A stretch of DNA of 52,875 nt. Origin: a virus (taxonomy: Duplodnaviria > Caudoviricetes). Each line of letters opens with the position of its first letter. The stretch's first letter is position 1. Where the stretch lies: IMG/VR virus record IMGVR_UViG_3300023174_000226, positions 1 through 52,875 of that record; one strand, written 5' to 3'. Below, piece by piece: positions 1 to 8,846 of this stretch. The position numbers and the translations under genes are program-made. Under the pieces are notes generated by a model. That model did no database searches, was not told the origin of the DNA, and worked only from the letters and a program-made list of their open reading frames with translations.

Positions 1-87
1 AGCACTGGCTTGAGGGGTAACACAACCAGTAAGCGTTAAACTTAAAATTCCTGTGGCGAGTAATCTTTTGATTTTTAAATTATTCAT
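1..87 (-). CDS. Predicted lipoprotein, N-terminal part only (runs off the window)
   Basis: Hand translation MNNLKIKRLLATGILSLTLTGCVTPQASA: basic N-region, hydrophobic core, lipobox LTGC. SD AAGGAGG on the minus strand at 93-99. Confidence 0.8.
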   Translation of the reverse strand, partial: MNNLKIKRLLATGILSLTLTGCVTPQASA

Positions 88-135
88 ATTTTCCTCCTTA
101 ACGGAAAAACACCTTTTTGAAGGGTGTTCATATTA

Positions 136-144
136 ATTATACCA
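136..144 (-). promoter_or_regulatory. Extended -10 promoter for the minus-strand gene
   Basis: Reverse complement reads TGGTATAAT. Confidence 0.7.
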
Positions 145-170
145 CGAATTAACTAAAAAGTACATATCTG

Positions 171-179
171 TGCTATAAT
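171..179 (+). promoter_or_regulatory. Extended -10 promoter
   Basis: TGCTATAAT upstream of SD GAAAGGA and ATG 207. Confidence 0.7.
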
Positions 180-206
180 TTATATACACTAACCGAAAGG
201 AAAATC

Positions 207-446
207 ATGTCTATTAACATTGATTCATATTTGGATTCAGACCAAAAGAGGTCTGTTCTATCACAAAGACTACAACAGTTTGCTGTTGAGGCTTACCAGC
301 ACCAACTAAATAAGAAGGTCGCTCACTTGGCAGAAGATGCAGAAAGTGCATCTCAATCAGAAAAGACTCTTGAACTTCTTGCTAATGCAATTAAAGTTTA
401 TCAAGATGAACTTGATGCCCTGCCAGAGCCAGTAGTAGCAGAATAA
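207..446 (+). CDS. Hypothetical helical protein
   Basis: 79-aa ORF with SD and its own promoter. Confidence 0.8.
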   Translation: MSINIDSYLDSDQKRSVLSQRLQQFAVEAYQHQLNKKVAHLAEDAESASQSEKTLELLANAIKVYQDELDALPEPVVAE

Positions 447-447
447 C

Positions 448-1047
448 ATGACAGTTCAACAGCAGAAAAGGGGAACAGCATCAGAATGGTCTAGTGCTGT
501 AAATGCCCTTTCTGCTGGTGAATTGGGTTATGATACAACAAACAGAATTCTTAAAATTGGTGATGGTTCAACTTTATGGGCAAGCCTAAAGGGTATAGTT
601 ATTAATGATAGAATCGAATTAACAAATACTGGAAGTGTTCAATCAATAACATCTGGTGGTTCTGGAGATGCAGTTGGTACTTCAACCCTTGCTAGTCAGT
701 GGACAACCACCGAAAATACAAATACAAATGTATTTACTTTAACTTCTTTCAATACTATAAATTGCCTTGTTTCTGGTAGATATTCTATTTCTGGTGCAAT
801 CAGGTGGGATACAAATACTACTGGAAGAAGAGGTATTTGGATTCTTAAGAATGGGGTAACAAGCCTTCACTCACAACTTGTATCTGCTGTTAGCGGAACA
901 AGGCAGAGCCTATCTATTCCTTCAATTAAATTAGCAGCAAATGATACCCTGCAACTTATAGCATTTCAAGATAGCGGAACCGCACAACCTCTTGCAGCAG
1001 GTGGAAACATACCACTTTATTTTATTGTTGAATATCTTGGACCATAG
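448..1047 (+). CDS. Fibre/adhesin with Mtd-N-like N-terminus and C1q/TNF-like beta C-terminus
   Basis: QQKRGTASEW...GELGYDTTNRILKIGDG..W is the Mtd-N signature. GRYSISGAIRW and LAANDTLQL resemble C1q-like folds. Confidence 0.7.
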   Translation: MTVQQQKRGTASEWSSAVNALSAGELGYDTTNRILKIGDGSTLWASLKGIVINDRIELTNTGSVQSITSGGSGDAVGTSTLASQWTTTENTNTNVFTLTSFNTINCLVSGRYSISGAIRWDTNTTGRRGIWILKNGVTSLHSQLVSAVSGTRQSLSIPSIKLAANDTLQLIAFQDSGTAQPLAAGGNIPLYFIVEYLGP

Positions 1048-1050
1048 TGT

Positions 1051-1078
1051 TTGACTTTTCTTAAAACTGTGGTATACT
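1051..1078 (+). promoter_or_regulatory. Sigma70-type promoter for the RNR gene
   Basis: TTGACT-16 nt-TATACT with an extended TG. Confidence 0.7.
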
Positions 1079-1112
1079 TTATACATCACAGTTATGGAAA
1101 GGTGGAAACACT

Positions 1113-3152
1113 ATGTCAGAATTTTTCTCATTTACACTCCCAACAGATTTTGTCGAAAAGTACAAATCATTGGAATCACCCTTTGGATTCTTGGATGCAG
1201 GTGGCAACGCACTAGGTGAAATTACCTTTGTTCGCACCTACTCACGAGTCAAAGATGATGGAACTAAAGAACGCTGGTACGAAGTTGTACGCAGAGTTAT
1301 TGAAGGTATGTACTCTGTACAGAAAAACCATGCAAAGGAGAACCGTCTCCCATGGAACGATTATAAAGCACAAAAGTCAGCACAAGAAGCATTTGACCGT
1401 ATGTTCAATCTAAAATGGACACCTCCAGGTCGTGGAATGTGGACATTTGGAACACCACTCACAATGGAGAAGCGTAACTCTGCTGCTTTGCAGAATTGTG
1501 CAATGGTATCTACAAAAGACCTAGATAAGAATGACCCAGGTGCCTTGTTTGCATGGGTAATGGATGCTCTTATGCTAGGCATTGGTGTTGGCTTTGATAC
1601 CATCGGTAAAGATAAGAACTTTGCTATCTATCAACCAACAGAACCAGAAGTTACTTATGTTGTACCTGATACTCGTGAAGGATGGGTAGAAGCAACTCGT
1701 TTGCTAATCAACTCATATCTTCGTGCAGGTCAAAATATCCAAAAGTTTGACTATTCAGAGGTTCGTCCAGAAGGTGCACCAATCAAGGGATTTGGTGGTG
1801 TAGCATCTGGTCCTGGTCCACTAATCAAACTACATGAAAGAATTTCTCACGTTCTAGGTTATAGAACAGGAGAGACACTAGATGCTCGTGCCATTGTTGA
1901 CCTAGTTAATCTTATTGGTACTTGTGTGGTATCTGGTAACGTCAGACGTTCTGCTACTCTTGCTTTGGGGGCAGAAGGAGACGAAGACTTCCTAAACCTA
2001 AAGAATCCAGAAGTATTCCCTGAGCGTAACTCTTACGACCCAGAGAATCCAGGATGGGCTTGGATGTCAAACAATTCAGTTTCTGCAACTGTTGGCATGG
2101 ATTACTCAAAATATGTTGACCGAATTGCTGACAATGGAGAGCCAGGTTTTATTTGGCTAGATGTTGCTAGAAACTATGGTCGCTTGGCTGATGCTCCAGA
2201 TGGAAAGGATTTCCGTGTTATGGGATTCAATCCATGTGCAGAACAGCCATTGGAATCATATGAACTATGTACACTTGTAGAAGTTCATCTAAATCGTCAC
2301 GATTCAAAGGAAGACTTCTTGCGTACATTGAAGTTTGCCTATCTGTATGGTAAGACAGTTACACTTCTTCCTACACACTGGCAACAGACCAACGGTATCA
2401 TGCAGAGAAACCGTAGAATTGGAACATCTCTAACTGGTATCGCATCATTTGCTGATGAGCATGGTCTTCCAACTGTCCGTAATTGGATGGATGAGGGCTA
2501 TAAGAAGATTCGCTTCTATGACAATAAGTATTCAGAATGGCTATGTGTTCGTGAATCAATTCGTGTAACTACAGTTAAGCCATCTGGTTCTGTGTCAATT
2601 CTTTCTGGTGCTACCCCTGGTGTTCACTGGGGTCCAGGGGGAAAGTTCTATCTAAGAGCAATCCGCTTTAGCAACCAAGACCCAATGCTACACTTGTTTA
2701 AGGCAGCAGGGTATAAGATTGAAGCAGACCTTGTATCAGCAAATACTTCCGTAGTCTATTTCCCAATTGCATCTGGACACAAGAGAGCAGAAAAAGATGT
2801 CACTCTATTTGAGAAGACAGCACTTGCTGCTACCGCCCAGAAGTACTGGTCTGACAATGGAGTTTCTGTAACCCTGTCATTTGACAAGGAAAAAGAAACA
2901 CAACATATCACTTCTGTTCTAAACATGTATGAAGGTCAGTTGAAGGCAGTATCATTCCTATCAATGGGTAATGATGTCTATCCACAACAGCCATATACAG
3001 AAATTTCAGAAGATGACTATGACTACTACATCGGTAGATTGGCAAAGATTGATTTCTCCGCTATCTATGATGGAGTAGACAATCTGGAAGCACAAGGCGA
3101 AGCCTACTGTACCACCGATTACTGTGAAATCAAGATTCCAGATAAAAACTAA
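1113..3152 (+). CDS. nrdJ: Class II (adenosylcobalamin-dependent) ribonucleotide reductase, monomeric RTPR type
   Basis: TPPGRG, NCA, GNVRRSA, NPCAEQPLESYELCTL, TTVKPSG and C-terminal CTTDYC. No small subunit nearby. Confidence 0.92.
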   Translation: MSEFFSFTLPTDFVEKYKSLESPFGFLDAGGNALGEITFVRTYSRVKDDGTKERWYEVVRRVIEGMYSVQKNHAKENRLPWNDYKAQKSAQEAFDRMFNLKWTPPGRGMWTFGTPLTMEKRNSAALQNCAMVSTKDLDKNDPGALFAWVMDALMLGIGVGFDTIGKDKNFAIYQPTEPEVTYVVPDTREGWVEATRLLINSYLRAGQNIQKFDYSEVRPEGAPIKGFGGVASGPGPLIKLHERISHVLGYRTGETLDARAIVDLVNLIGTCVVSGNVRRSATLALGAEGDEDFLNLKNPEVFPERNSYDPENPGWAWMSNNSVSATVGMDYSKYVDRIADNGEPGFIWLDVARNYGRLADAPDGKDFRVMGFNPCAEQPLESYELCTLVEVHLNRHDSKEDFLRTLKFAYLYGKTVTLLPTHWQQTNGIMQRNRRIGTSLTGIASFADEHGLPTVRNWMDEGYKKIRFYDNKYSEWLCVRESIRVTTVKPSGSVSILSGATPGVHWGPGGKFYLRAIRFSNQDPMLHLFKAAGYKIEADLVSANTSVVYFPIASGHKRAEKDVTLFEKTALAATAQKYWSDNGVSVTLSFDKEKETQHITSVLNMYEGQLKAVSFLSMGNDVYPQQPYTEISEDDYDYYIGRLAKIDFSAIYDGVDNLEAQGEAYCTTDYCEIKIPDKN

Positions 3153-3159
3153 ATAAGTA

Positions 3160-3195
3160 AGATACCCTGTCATTAACTTGGCAGGGTATTTTCTT
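3160..3195 (+). terminator. Intrinsic terminator
   Basis: AGATACCCTGTCA-ttaact-TGGCAGGGTATTT then TCTT. Confidence 0.8.
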
Positions 3196-3198
3196 ATG

Positions 3199-3207
3199 TG
3201 GTAGAAT
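3199..3207 (+). promoter_or_regulatory. Extended -10, leaderless
   Basis: TGGTAGAAT 7 nt before ATG 3215; no SD. Confidence 0.7.
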
Positions 3208-3214
3208 AGTAGAT

Positions 3215-6200
3215 ATGTCATCAATCTCCAACATCTATTCTGAAAAGATATTTGCACAGCATCCAATCGCCACATGGTCACTGGATGATTCAGTTGACTA
3301 TATCTCTTTGATATCAGATGCCACCAGAAATCTTAGTAGTGGCTGGACTATATCTTCTACGGATACAGCAACTTCCTATACTCCATCAACATCAGCACCG
3401 TTTGCATCAAGTGCAACAACTAAACTATTAAGTGCTGCTGGAAGTGGTTCAATAACAGCAACTAGTACAGCAACCTTTACAAACTCAACAACCTCATTTT
3501 GTATTGGATTTTATCTATATGTAGGTAGTTTAAACATAACAAGCGTAGATATTGGCTACAAGATTGGTGCATCTTCTCCAGTTTTTGCAACATACTATCC
3601 ATCTGTATATCAAGACTGGGCTTTTATTTCAAATACTTTTTTTACCAGCGTTACAGGTGCTAAAGTATATATTAAAATAAATTATTCTGGAACAGCGGTA
3701 GATAATGAATTTTGGATTAATGGATTAACGGTAGGGCATTTATCAGAAGAATTTAATCAATACTCTCTGGGTATTCAAACAACATCTTTAACAACTCTAT
3801 CATCAATAACAGGATTTACTTCACAAAAAGGTTATGAAACAAAAGACTATGGAAATAATCAATATAGTGCCTACTACTTGTCGGATGATAAAAAAATATT
3901 TGCAAGAGGTTCTACCATACCATTAGCGATGGGGTCAGATAAGTCTATATCATTTTCTTATGAAACATCTGGAACAACCTATCAACCAGCGTCAATGCTG
4001 TTTCCAGCATTTGGATTTTTAAATAAAAAAGGCAAGAATAAAGAATACACTTTTGAATTTTGGATAAAACTAAATTATCAAAAATGGACATTGCCAGACC
4101 AAGATGGTATAAGTAGAAATAAAATACTTGGACTAGCATCTGAAAAAAGTGGCAATGGGCTATATGTTTCTAATAACAGCATTATTTTACAACTTGGAGA
4201 CAAGATTGGGTATCACTATGTTGGATATTGGAATAGACCCATGTTGCTTCAAATTACATATAGTAAAAACTTTATAAAGTTATTTGTTAATGGTGAAGAT
4301 GCAATATCACTATCGCTAGAGTCAACTGACCTAGATACCCTTGCTACAGAATCATCACTAACAGACTGGATTGCAATTGGTTCAGAATATCAACAAATTC
4401 AAATAGACTCTGTATCAATATATCCTTATCAATTTTCAAACACACAAGCATTAGTAAATTTTGTCAGCGGCATCGGAACTAGAGTACCAGAAGACATAAA
4501 TTCACAGTATGACTCATCAACAGTTACAATTGACTATACAAAAGCAAACTATTCAAATGACTATAACTATCCAGAAACTGGTAAATGGAAACATGGTTTG
4601 TTAAGTAATTTTGTTGAAAAAAATAATGCCCTTTCTTCTCCAACATATTCACTACCTAACTTTATATTTACAGAAACCACATTTTCAAAAAATACTTTAG
4701 AAACAGCAAATACTGCTTTGCCTCCAACATATAATGAATTTAAATTAAAACCAATATCTACATATGATAAAACATATATAAGGTTTGACTCATTGAATGT
4801 TTTAAACGAAGCAGTAAAAGGTATCCACGCAATTTTAAAAGCACCATCAAGTGCAACCGAAAAACTTATTTTTAAATTTACAAATAAAAATACGAATAAC
4901 TATTTAAATATAACAACACAAAATAATAGCATATATTATAAATATAGTAATGATGCTGGTATAACAGAAACAACTCTTTCTGCTGCTACAACAACAATAA
5001 CAAGAGATGCAAACAATGTATTTTTTGTTGGAATAGATATAGATAAGTTTACAACAACTTATCCAGACGCAAATCTAAATAGTACTTTGTTTTCTAATCA
5101 AGATGATGTTATAGTTTATTTTGGTGGAGACGAAAATACTGCAAACACATATTTTTATGAAGAATCTGTTGTTAGGGTTTCATTCGATAATAAACGTAAT
5201 TTAAATAATTTTTCATCTCAAATTAATGCCAATGGTACTTTCATTGCCTTGCCAGCAATTTCTTGGTTATCTAAATATGACAATCTTTCAAGTTATTCAT
5301 TAATGTTTAATAAAGGTTTGGGCTTTGATATTGGTTCAGCGTGTTACTGGCAAGACTATATTCCGTTAACATTGCTTGCAAAGAAAGTGCTTGATGGTTC
5401 TAGTAATCAGGTTTACAATTTGTCATTTTTGCAATATAATATTGACTATACAAAAAATATACTATCATCTGGAACTGGAGTATCATTTTATATAAGTGAT
5501 GGTTCTGGGTTAAACAACTACATTACTTTCCAAGATATTACAACGTCTACAGGTCCCAATCTAGACCTATCATCTTTTGCAACAACTGTAGCATTAGATT
5601 CAAAAAACACAATTACTCCTTCAGGTGGTTGGTCAACAACAAAGTATGAAATAAATGACAGAACAATCATATACTTGCCACCATCTATAGATTTTACAAA
5701 ATATGCCATTGTTGTTCATTTAGATATACATCTTCCAACATCTATAATTAATCCAGTTCAAATAAAATATTTGCAGTTTGCCTCACAAGCCTTAAACACT
5801 GGAACATCTTTAAAAAATAAAATTGGAACTAAAACTGGAACTAGCATTACTCCATATTATTATACTGGTTCAGCATATGACTATACCCAAACAAATCCAT
5901 TTCTTATTGATAAACAAAGTAGTTCTTACCTAAACCTGACTCCACAATCTGGAATAAAATTAGTTGGAGATTTTACAAATGACAGGGGATTTTATGTTTC
6001 CATAAATGAAAATGCAACTGCAAACTACACACTAAGCGGAATGCAAATGTTTATTAATTATCAGTTCCCATTTACAAAAAATACAACTACAAGTAACTAT
6101 TTAGAATATCCAACACTTGGAACAATATTTTCAATAGAAACAAGAACAAAAACTATAAATTTTGTTATGGAAGCATTAGACACATCTCCAACACTATCAT

Positions 6201-6775
6201 CTTCACTAATAGCCTCAAACTCACAAAGAGTTAGATTATACACAACAACAAACTATTCATATTCTTCAGCCATCATAGATGAAAACGTATACTTTTATTG
6301 GAATGGTGAACTTGTAAAAGAAGCCACAATGACACTAAATGAGTGGGGTATTCTGGGGATTAATTTTATAGAACCACTAGATTTTAACTCATATACAGGC
6401 AAACTAGTAGTCAAATCACCAATATCTATTGACAATATATCTTTTTATTCATTATCTCAAAGCAGAATACTTAACAGCAAAAAATTAAGAACTTGGTTTA
6501 ATGTATTGAATCCAATCATTTCTAACAATACATCAAGTGCTCAATATACTTGGAACACTTGGAATAATGCTTCAGCCACTTGGTTAGATTTAAATACAAT
6601 GGGAGATAAGTCTAATCTTCCTGTTAGTCTTTCACAAATATATGACACATATGCTGGGGTTTCAAAAACAAACATATCAAATAATGAAAGCACTTCTGGA
6701 TTGACTATAACTGGTAAACATGGAGAAGTATTAGTAGGACTAATAAAACAATCAAGTATATACAGTGCCACATAA
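3215..6775 (+). CDS. Large beta-rich virion protein with LamG/ConA-like region
   Basis: 1186 aa, S/T/N-rich; YTFEFWIK...IKLFVNGE...IDSVSIY is LamG-like. Confidence 0.6.
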   Translation: MSSISNIYSEKIFAQHPIATWSLDDSVDYISLISDATRNLSSGWTISSTDTATSYTPSTSAPFASSATTKLLSAAGSGSITATSTATFTNSTTSFCIGFYLYVGSLNITSVDIGYKIGASSPVFATYYPSVYQDWAFISNTFFTSVTGAKVYIKINYSGTAVDNEFWINGLTVGHLSEEFNQYSLGIQTTSLTTLSSITGFTSQKGYETKDYGNNQYSAYYLSDDKKIFARGSTIPLAMGSDKSISFSYETSGTTYQPASMLFPAFGFLNKKGKNKEYTFEFWIKLNYQKWTLPDQDGISRNKILGLASEKSGNGLYVSNNSIILQLGDKIGYHYVGYWNRPMLLQITYSKNFIKLFVNGEDAISLSLESTDLDTLATESSLTDWIAIGSEYQQIQIDSVSIYPYQFSNTQALVNFVSGIGTRVPEDINSQYDSSTVTIDYTKANYSNDYNYPETGKWKHGLLSNFVEKNNALSSPTYSLPNFIFTETTFSKNTLETANTALPPTYNEFKLKPISTYDKTYIRFDSLNVLNEAVKGIHAILKAPSSATEKLIFKFTNKNTNNYLNITTQNNSIYYKYSNDAGITETTLSAATTTITRDANNVFFVGIDIDKFTTTYPDANLNSTLFSNQDDVIVYFGGDENTANTYFYEESVVRVSFDNKRNLNNFSSQINANGTFIALPAISWLSKYDNLSSYSLMFNKGLGFDIGSACYWQDYIPLTLLAKKVLDGSSNQVYNLSFLQYNIDYTKNILSSGTGVSFYISDGSGLNNYITFQDITTSTGPNLDLSSFATTVALDSKNTITPSGGWSTTKYEINDRTIIYLPPSIDFTKYAIVVHLDIHLPTSIINPVQIKYLQFASQALNTGTSLKNKIGTKTGTSITPYYYTGSAYDYTQTNPFLIDKQSSSYLNLTPQSGIKLVGDFTNDRGFYVSINENATANYTLSGMQMFINYQFPFTKNTTTSNYLEYPTLGTIFSIETRTKTINFVMEALDTSPTLSSSLIASNSQRVRLYTTTNYSYSSAIIDENVYFYWNGELVKEATMTLNEWGILGINFIEPLDFNSYTGKLVVKSPISIDNISFYSLSQSRILNSKKLRTWFNVLNPIISNNTSSAQYTWNTWNNASATWLDLNTMGDKSNLPVSLSQIYDTYAGVSKTNISNNESTSGLTITGKHGEVLVGLIKQSSIYSAT

Positions 6776-6777
6776 TG

Positions 6778-6786
6778 TGGTATACT
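6778..6786 (+). promoter_or_regulatory. Extended -10, leaderless
   Basis: TGGTATACT 7 nt before ATG 6794. Confidence 0.7.
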
Positions 6787-6793
6787 AGTGGTT

Positions 6794-7189
6794 ATGAATA
6801 TAGATGTTAACAAAGATATTGGTCAAGTCATGCCCAACCAAATTGGCAAAACAAAGGTTTCTGTAGTAGAAGAACCATTTTCTGATTATGGTATTTATGT
6901 TTGGCAGTTGCGTTCTGGCAAAGTTTTAACAGATGACCAGGGAAATGCACTAAGCATTGACTCCATGCGTGGTGACGAATCAAGAGTTGAACTACTTCGT
7001 AACGAGGCTAGATGGCTCGGATTCCCAGATGGAAGACCTCTATTCTATGCAAATGTTCGCAAGGTATCAGATGAAGAATACAGTGAGCAGATTGACCGCA
7101 TGGCTCAAGGATATATTCCTTCGGAAACAGACCTTGGTGCTATTGTTGATGCTAAAAAGACATTTGACCAATTTGGAAGTGATGACTAA
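6794..7189 (+). CDS. Hypothetical protein upstream of portal
   Basis: ORF coupled to the portal by TAATG; ATG 6794 preferred over GTG 6788. Confidence 0.75.
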   Translation: MNIDVNKDIGQVMPNQIGKTKVSVVEEPFSDYGIYVWQLRSGKVLTDDQGNALSIDSMRGDESRVELLRNEARWLGFPDGRPLFYANVRKVSDEEYSEQIDRMAQGYIPSETDLGAIVDAKKTFDQFGSDD

Positions 7190-8787
7190 TGAATTACTAT
7201 GAATATGCCAATACTCCTGCTCGCTTAGATGAGGCACAAGTAATTAAAAACGAATTTGAAGACCTAGACCCTTTTATCAAGTCTTGGGATGAAATCAAAT
7301 CATTTAGCGGAATGAACACAAACTTTAAGCGTAGAAGTGCTAGAATGTTTAAGGCTTTAGGCGATGACGCATATTTAGAATCTGCTGGTGCAGTTCAAAT
7401 GGGTAATAATGGTGCTCGCTCAAATGCAATTAATCCAGGTGTAGTATTCCGTAATGCATACGGACTATTTGATGTCATCACTCCACCATATAACCCATAT
7501 GAATTGGCAAGTTACTATGATACATCATTTGCTAACCACGCTGCTATTGATGCAAAGGTTGAGAATACCGTTGGTCTTGGATACGACTTTATTGTTTCAG
7601 ATAAGACTAGTTTGAAATTAGAGGCTGCTTCAGCAGACCAAATGGCTCGTGCTCGTAAGCGTATCGAAAGACTTAAGGTTCAACTAAAGGATTGGCTAGA
7701 AAGCCTAAACCAAGATGAATCTTTTTCATCTGTACTTGAAAAAGTATTTACAGATGTTCACACAATGGGTAATGGATATATTGAAGTAGGCAGAACTGTT
7801 GCAGGTGAGATTGGCTATATTGGTCACATTCCTGCCGCTACAATGCGTGTACGCAGACTTCGTGATGGATATGTTCAAATCATTGCCAACAAGGTAGTAT
7901 ATTTCCGTAATTTTGGGGCAAAGAATGTAAACTATATTACAGATGACCCAAGACCTAATGAGATTATTCATATTAAGGAATATTCACCACTAAATACTTT
8001 CTATGGAGTACCTGATGTAATTGCTGCTATGCCAGCATTGGTTGGAGATGCTCTAGCCACACAATATAACATTGATTATTTTAATAACAAGGCTGTTCCT
8101 CGTTATATTGTTACCTTAAAGGGTGCTCAACTTACACAGGAAGCAGAAGATAAACTATTCCGTTTTCTACAAACTGGTCTAAAAGGACAGTCACATAGAA
8201 CTCTTTATATTCCACTCCCAGGAGATACAGAGAGTAATAAGGTTGAGTTTAAGATGGAGCCTATCGAGGCTGGAGTTCAAGAAGGCTCATTTACAAAATA
8301 CCGTGAGCAGAATCGTGATGATATCCTAGTAGCACATCAAGTTCCACTATCAAAACTTGGCGGTAGCAGTTCATCAACAATTGCAGACTCACTAGCACAA
8401 GACCGCACATTCAAAGAACAGGTTGCTAGACCTGCACAGCGTAATCTTGAAAAGATTCTTAACAAAATTATTCGTGAAAAGACAGATATTCTAGAATTTA
8501 AATTTAATGAACTCACTCTTACAGATGAATTGGCTCAGTCACAGATTCTTACTAACTATGTTAAGAATCAGATTATGGTTCCTAACGAGGCTCGTGAACT
8601 TCTTAATCTACCAGAACGCTCTGAAAGTGATTCTATGATTCAGCCAACTGCTCGTCAAGCAGCAGACTCAAATGCAAATAATGCAGGTAATAGAGAGCGT
8701 GATGCACAACGCCAACAGGCTCAAGCAGATAATACTGCAACTACTTCTGGTAGAAATCCAAAGGGTGAGGGGAGACGCTCCTCTTAA
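7189..8787 (+). CDS. Portal protein
   Basis: GNGYIEV, HIPAATMRV, EIIHIKEYSPLNTFYGVP, YFNNKAVP, ILVAHQVP, NEARELLNLP; typical position. Confidence 0.92.
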   Translation: MNYYEYANTPARLDEAQVIKNEFEDLDPFIKSWDEIKSFSGMNTNFKRRSARMFKALGDDAYLESAGAVQMGNNGARSNAINPGVVFRNAYGLFDVITPPYNPYELASYYDTSFANHAAIDAKVENTVGLGYDFIVSDKTSLKLEAASADQMARARKRIERLKVQLKDWLESLNQDESFSSVLEKVFTDVHTMGNGYIEVGRTVAGEIGYIGHIPAATMRVRRLRDGYVQIIANKVVYFRNFGAKNVNYITDDPRPNEIIHIKEYSPLNTFYGVPDVIAAMPALVGDALATQYNIDYFNNKAVPRYIVTLKGAQLTQEAEDKLFRFLQTGLKGQSHRTLYIPLPGDTESNKVEFKMEPIEAGVQEGSFTKYREQNRDDILVAHQVPLSKLGGSSSSTIADSLAQDRTFKEQVARPAQRNLEKILNKIIREKTDILEFKFNELTLTDELAQSQILTNYVKNQIMVPNEARELLNLPERSESDSMIQPTARQAADSNANNAGNRERDAQRQQAQADNTATTSGRNPKGEGRRSS

Positions 8788-8792
8788 AAAAG

Positions 8793-8839
8793 TGGTATAA
8801 TAACATTTCTATAACACTTTCATAAAAAGGGGCTATAAT
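8793..8839 (+). promoter_or_regulatory. Two -10 boxes with an ATAACA-N5-ATAACA direct repeat
   Basis: TGGTATAAT 8793-8801; ATAACA at 8800 and 8811; TATAAT 8834-8839, 7 nt before ATG 8847. Confidence 0.65.
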
Positions 8840-8846
8840 TAGTAGT

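Noticed and set aside
448-1047. Diversity-generating retroelement suggested by the Mtd-N domain
   Set aside because: No reverse transcriptase or TR/VR pair seen in the window; Mtd-N is common without DGRs.
1060-1100. NrdR box at the nrdJ promoter
   Set aside because: The palindrome does not match the NrdR consensus as I recall it, and no tandem pair is present.
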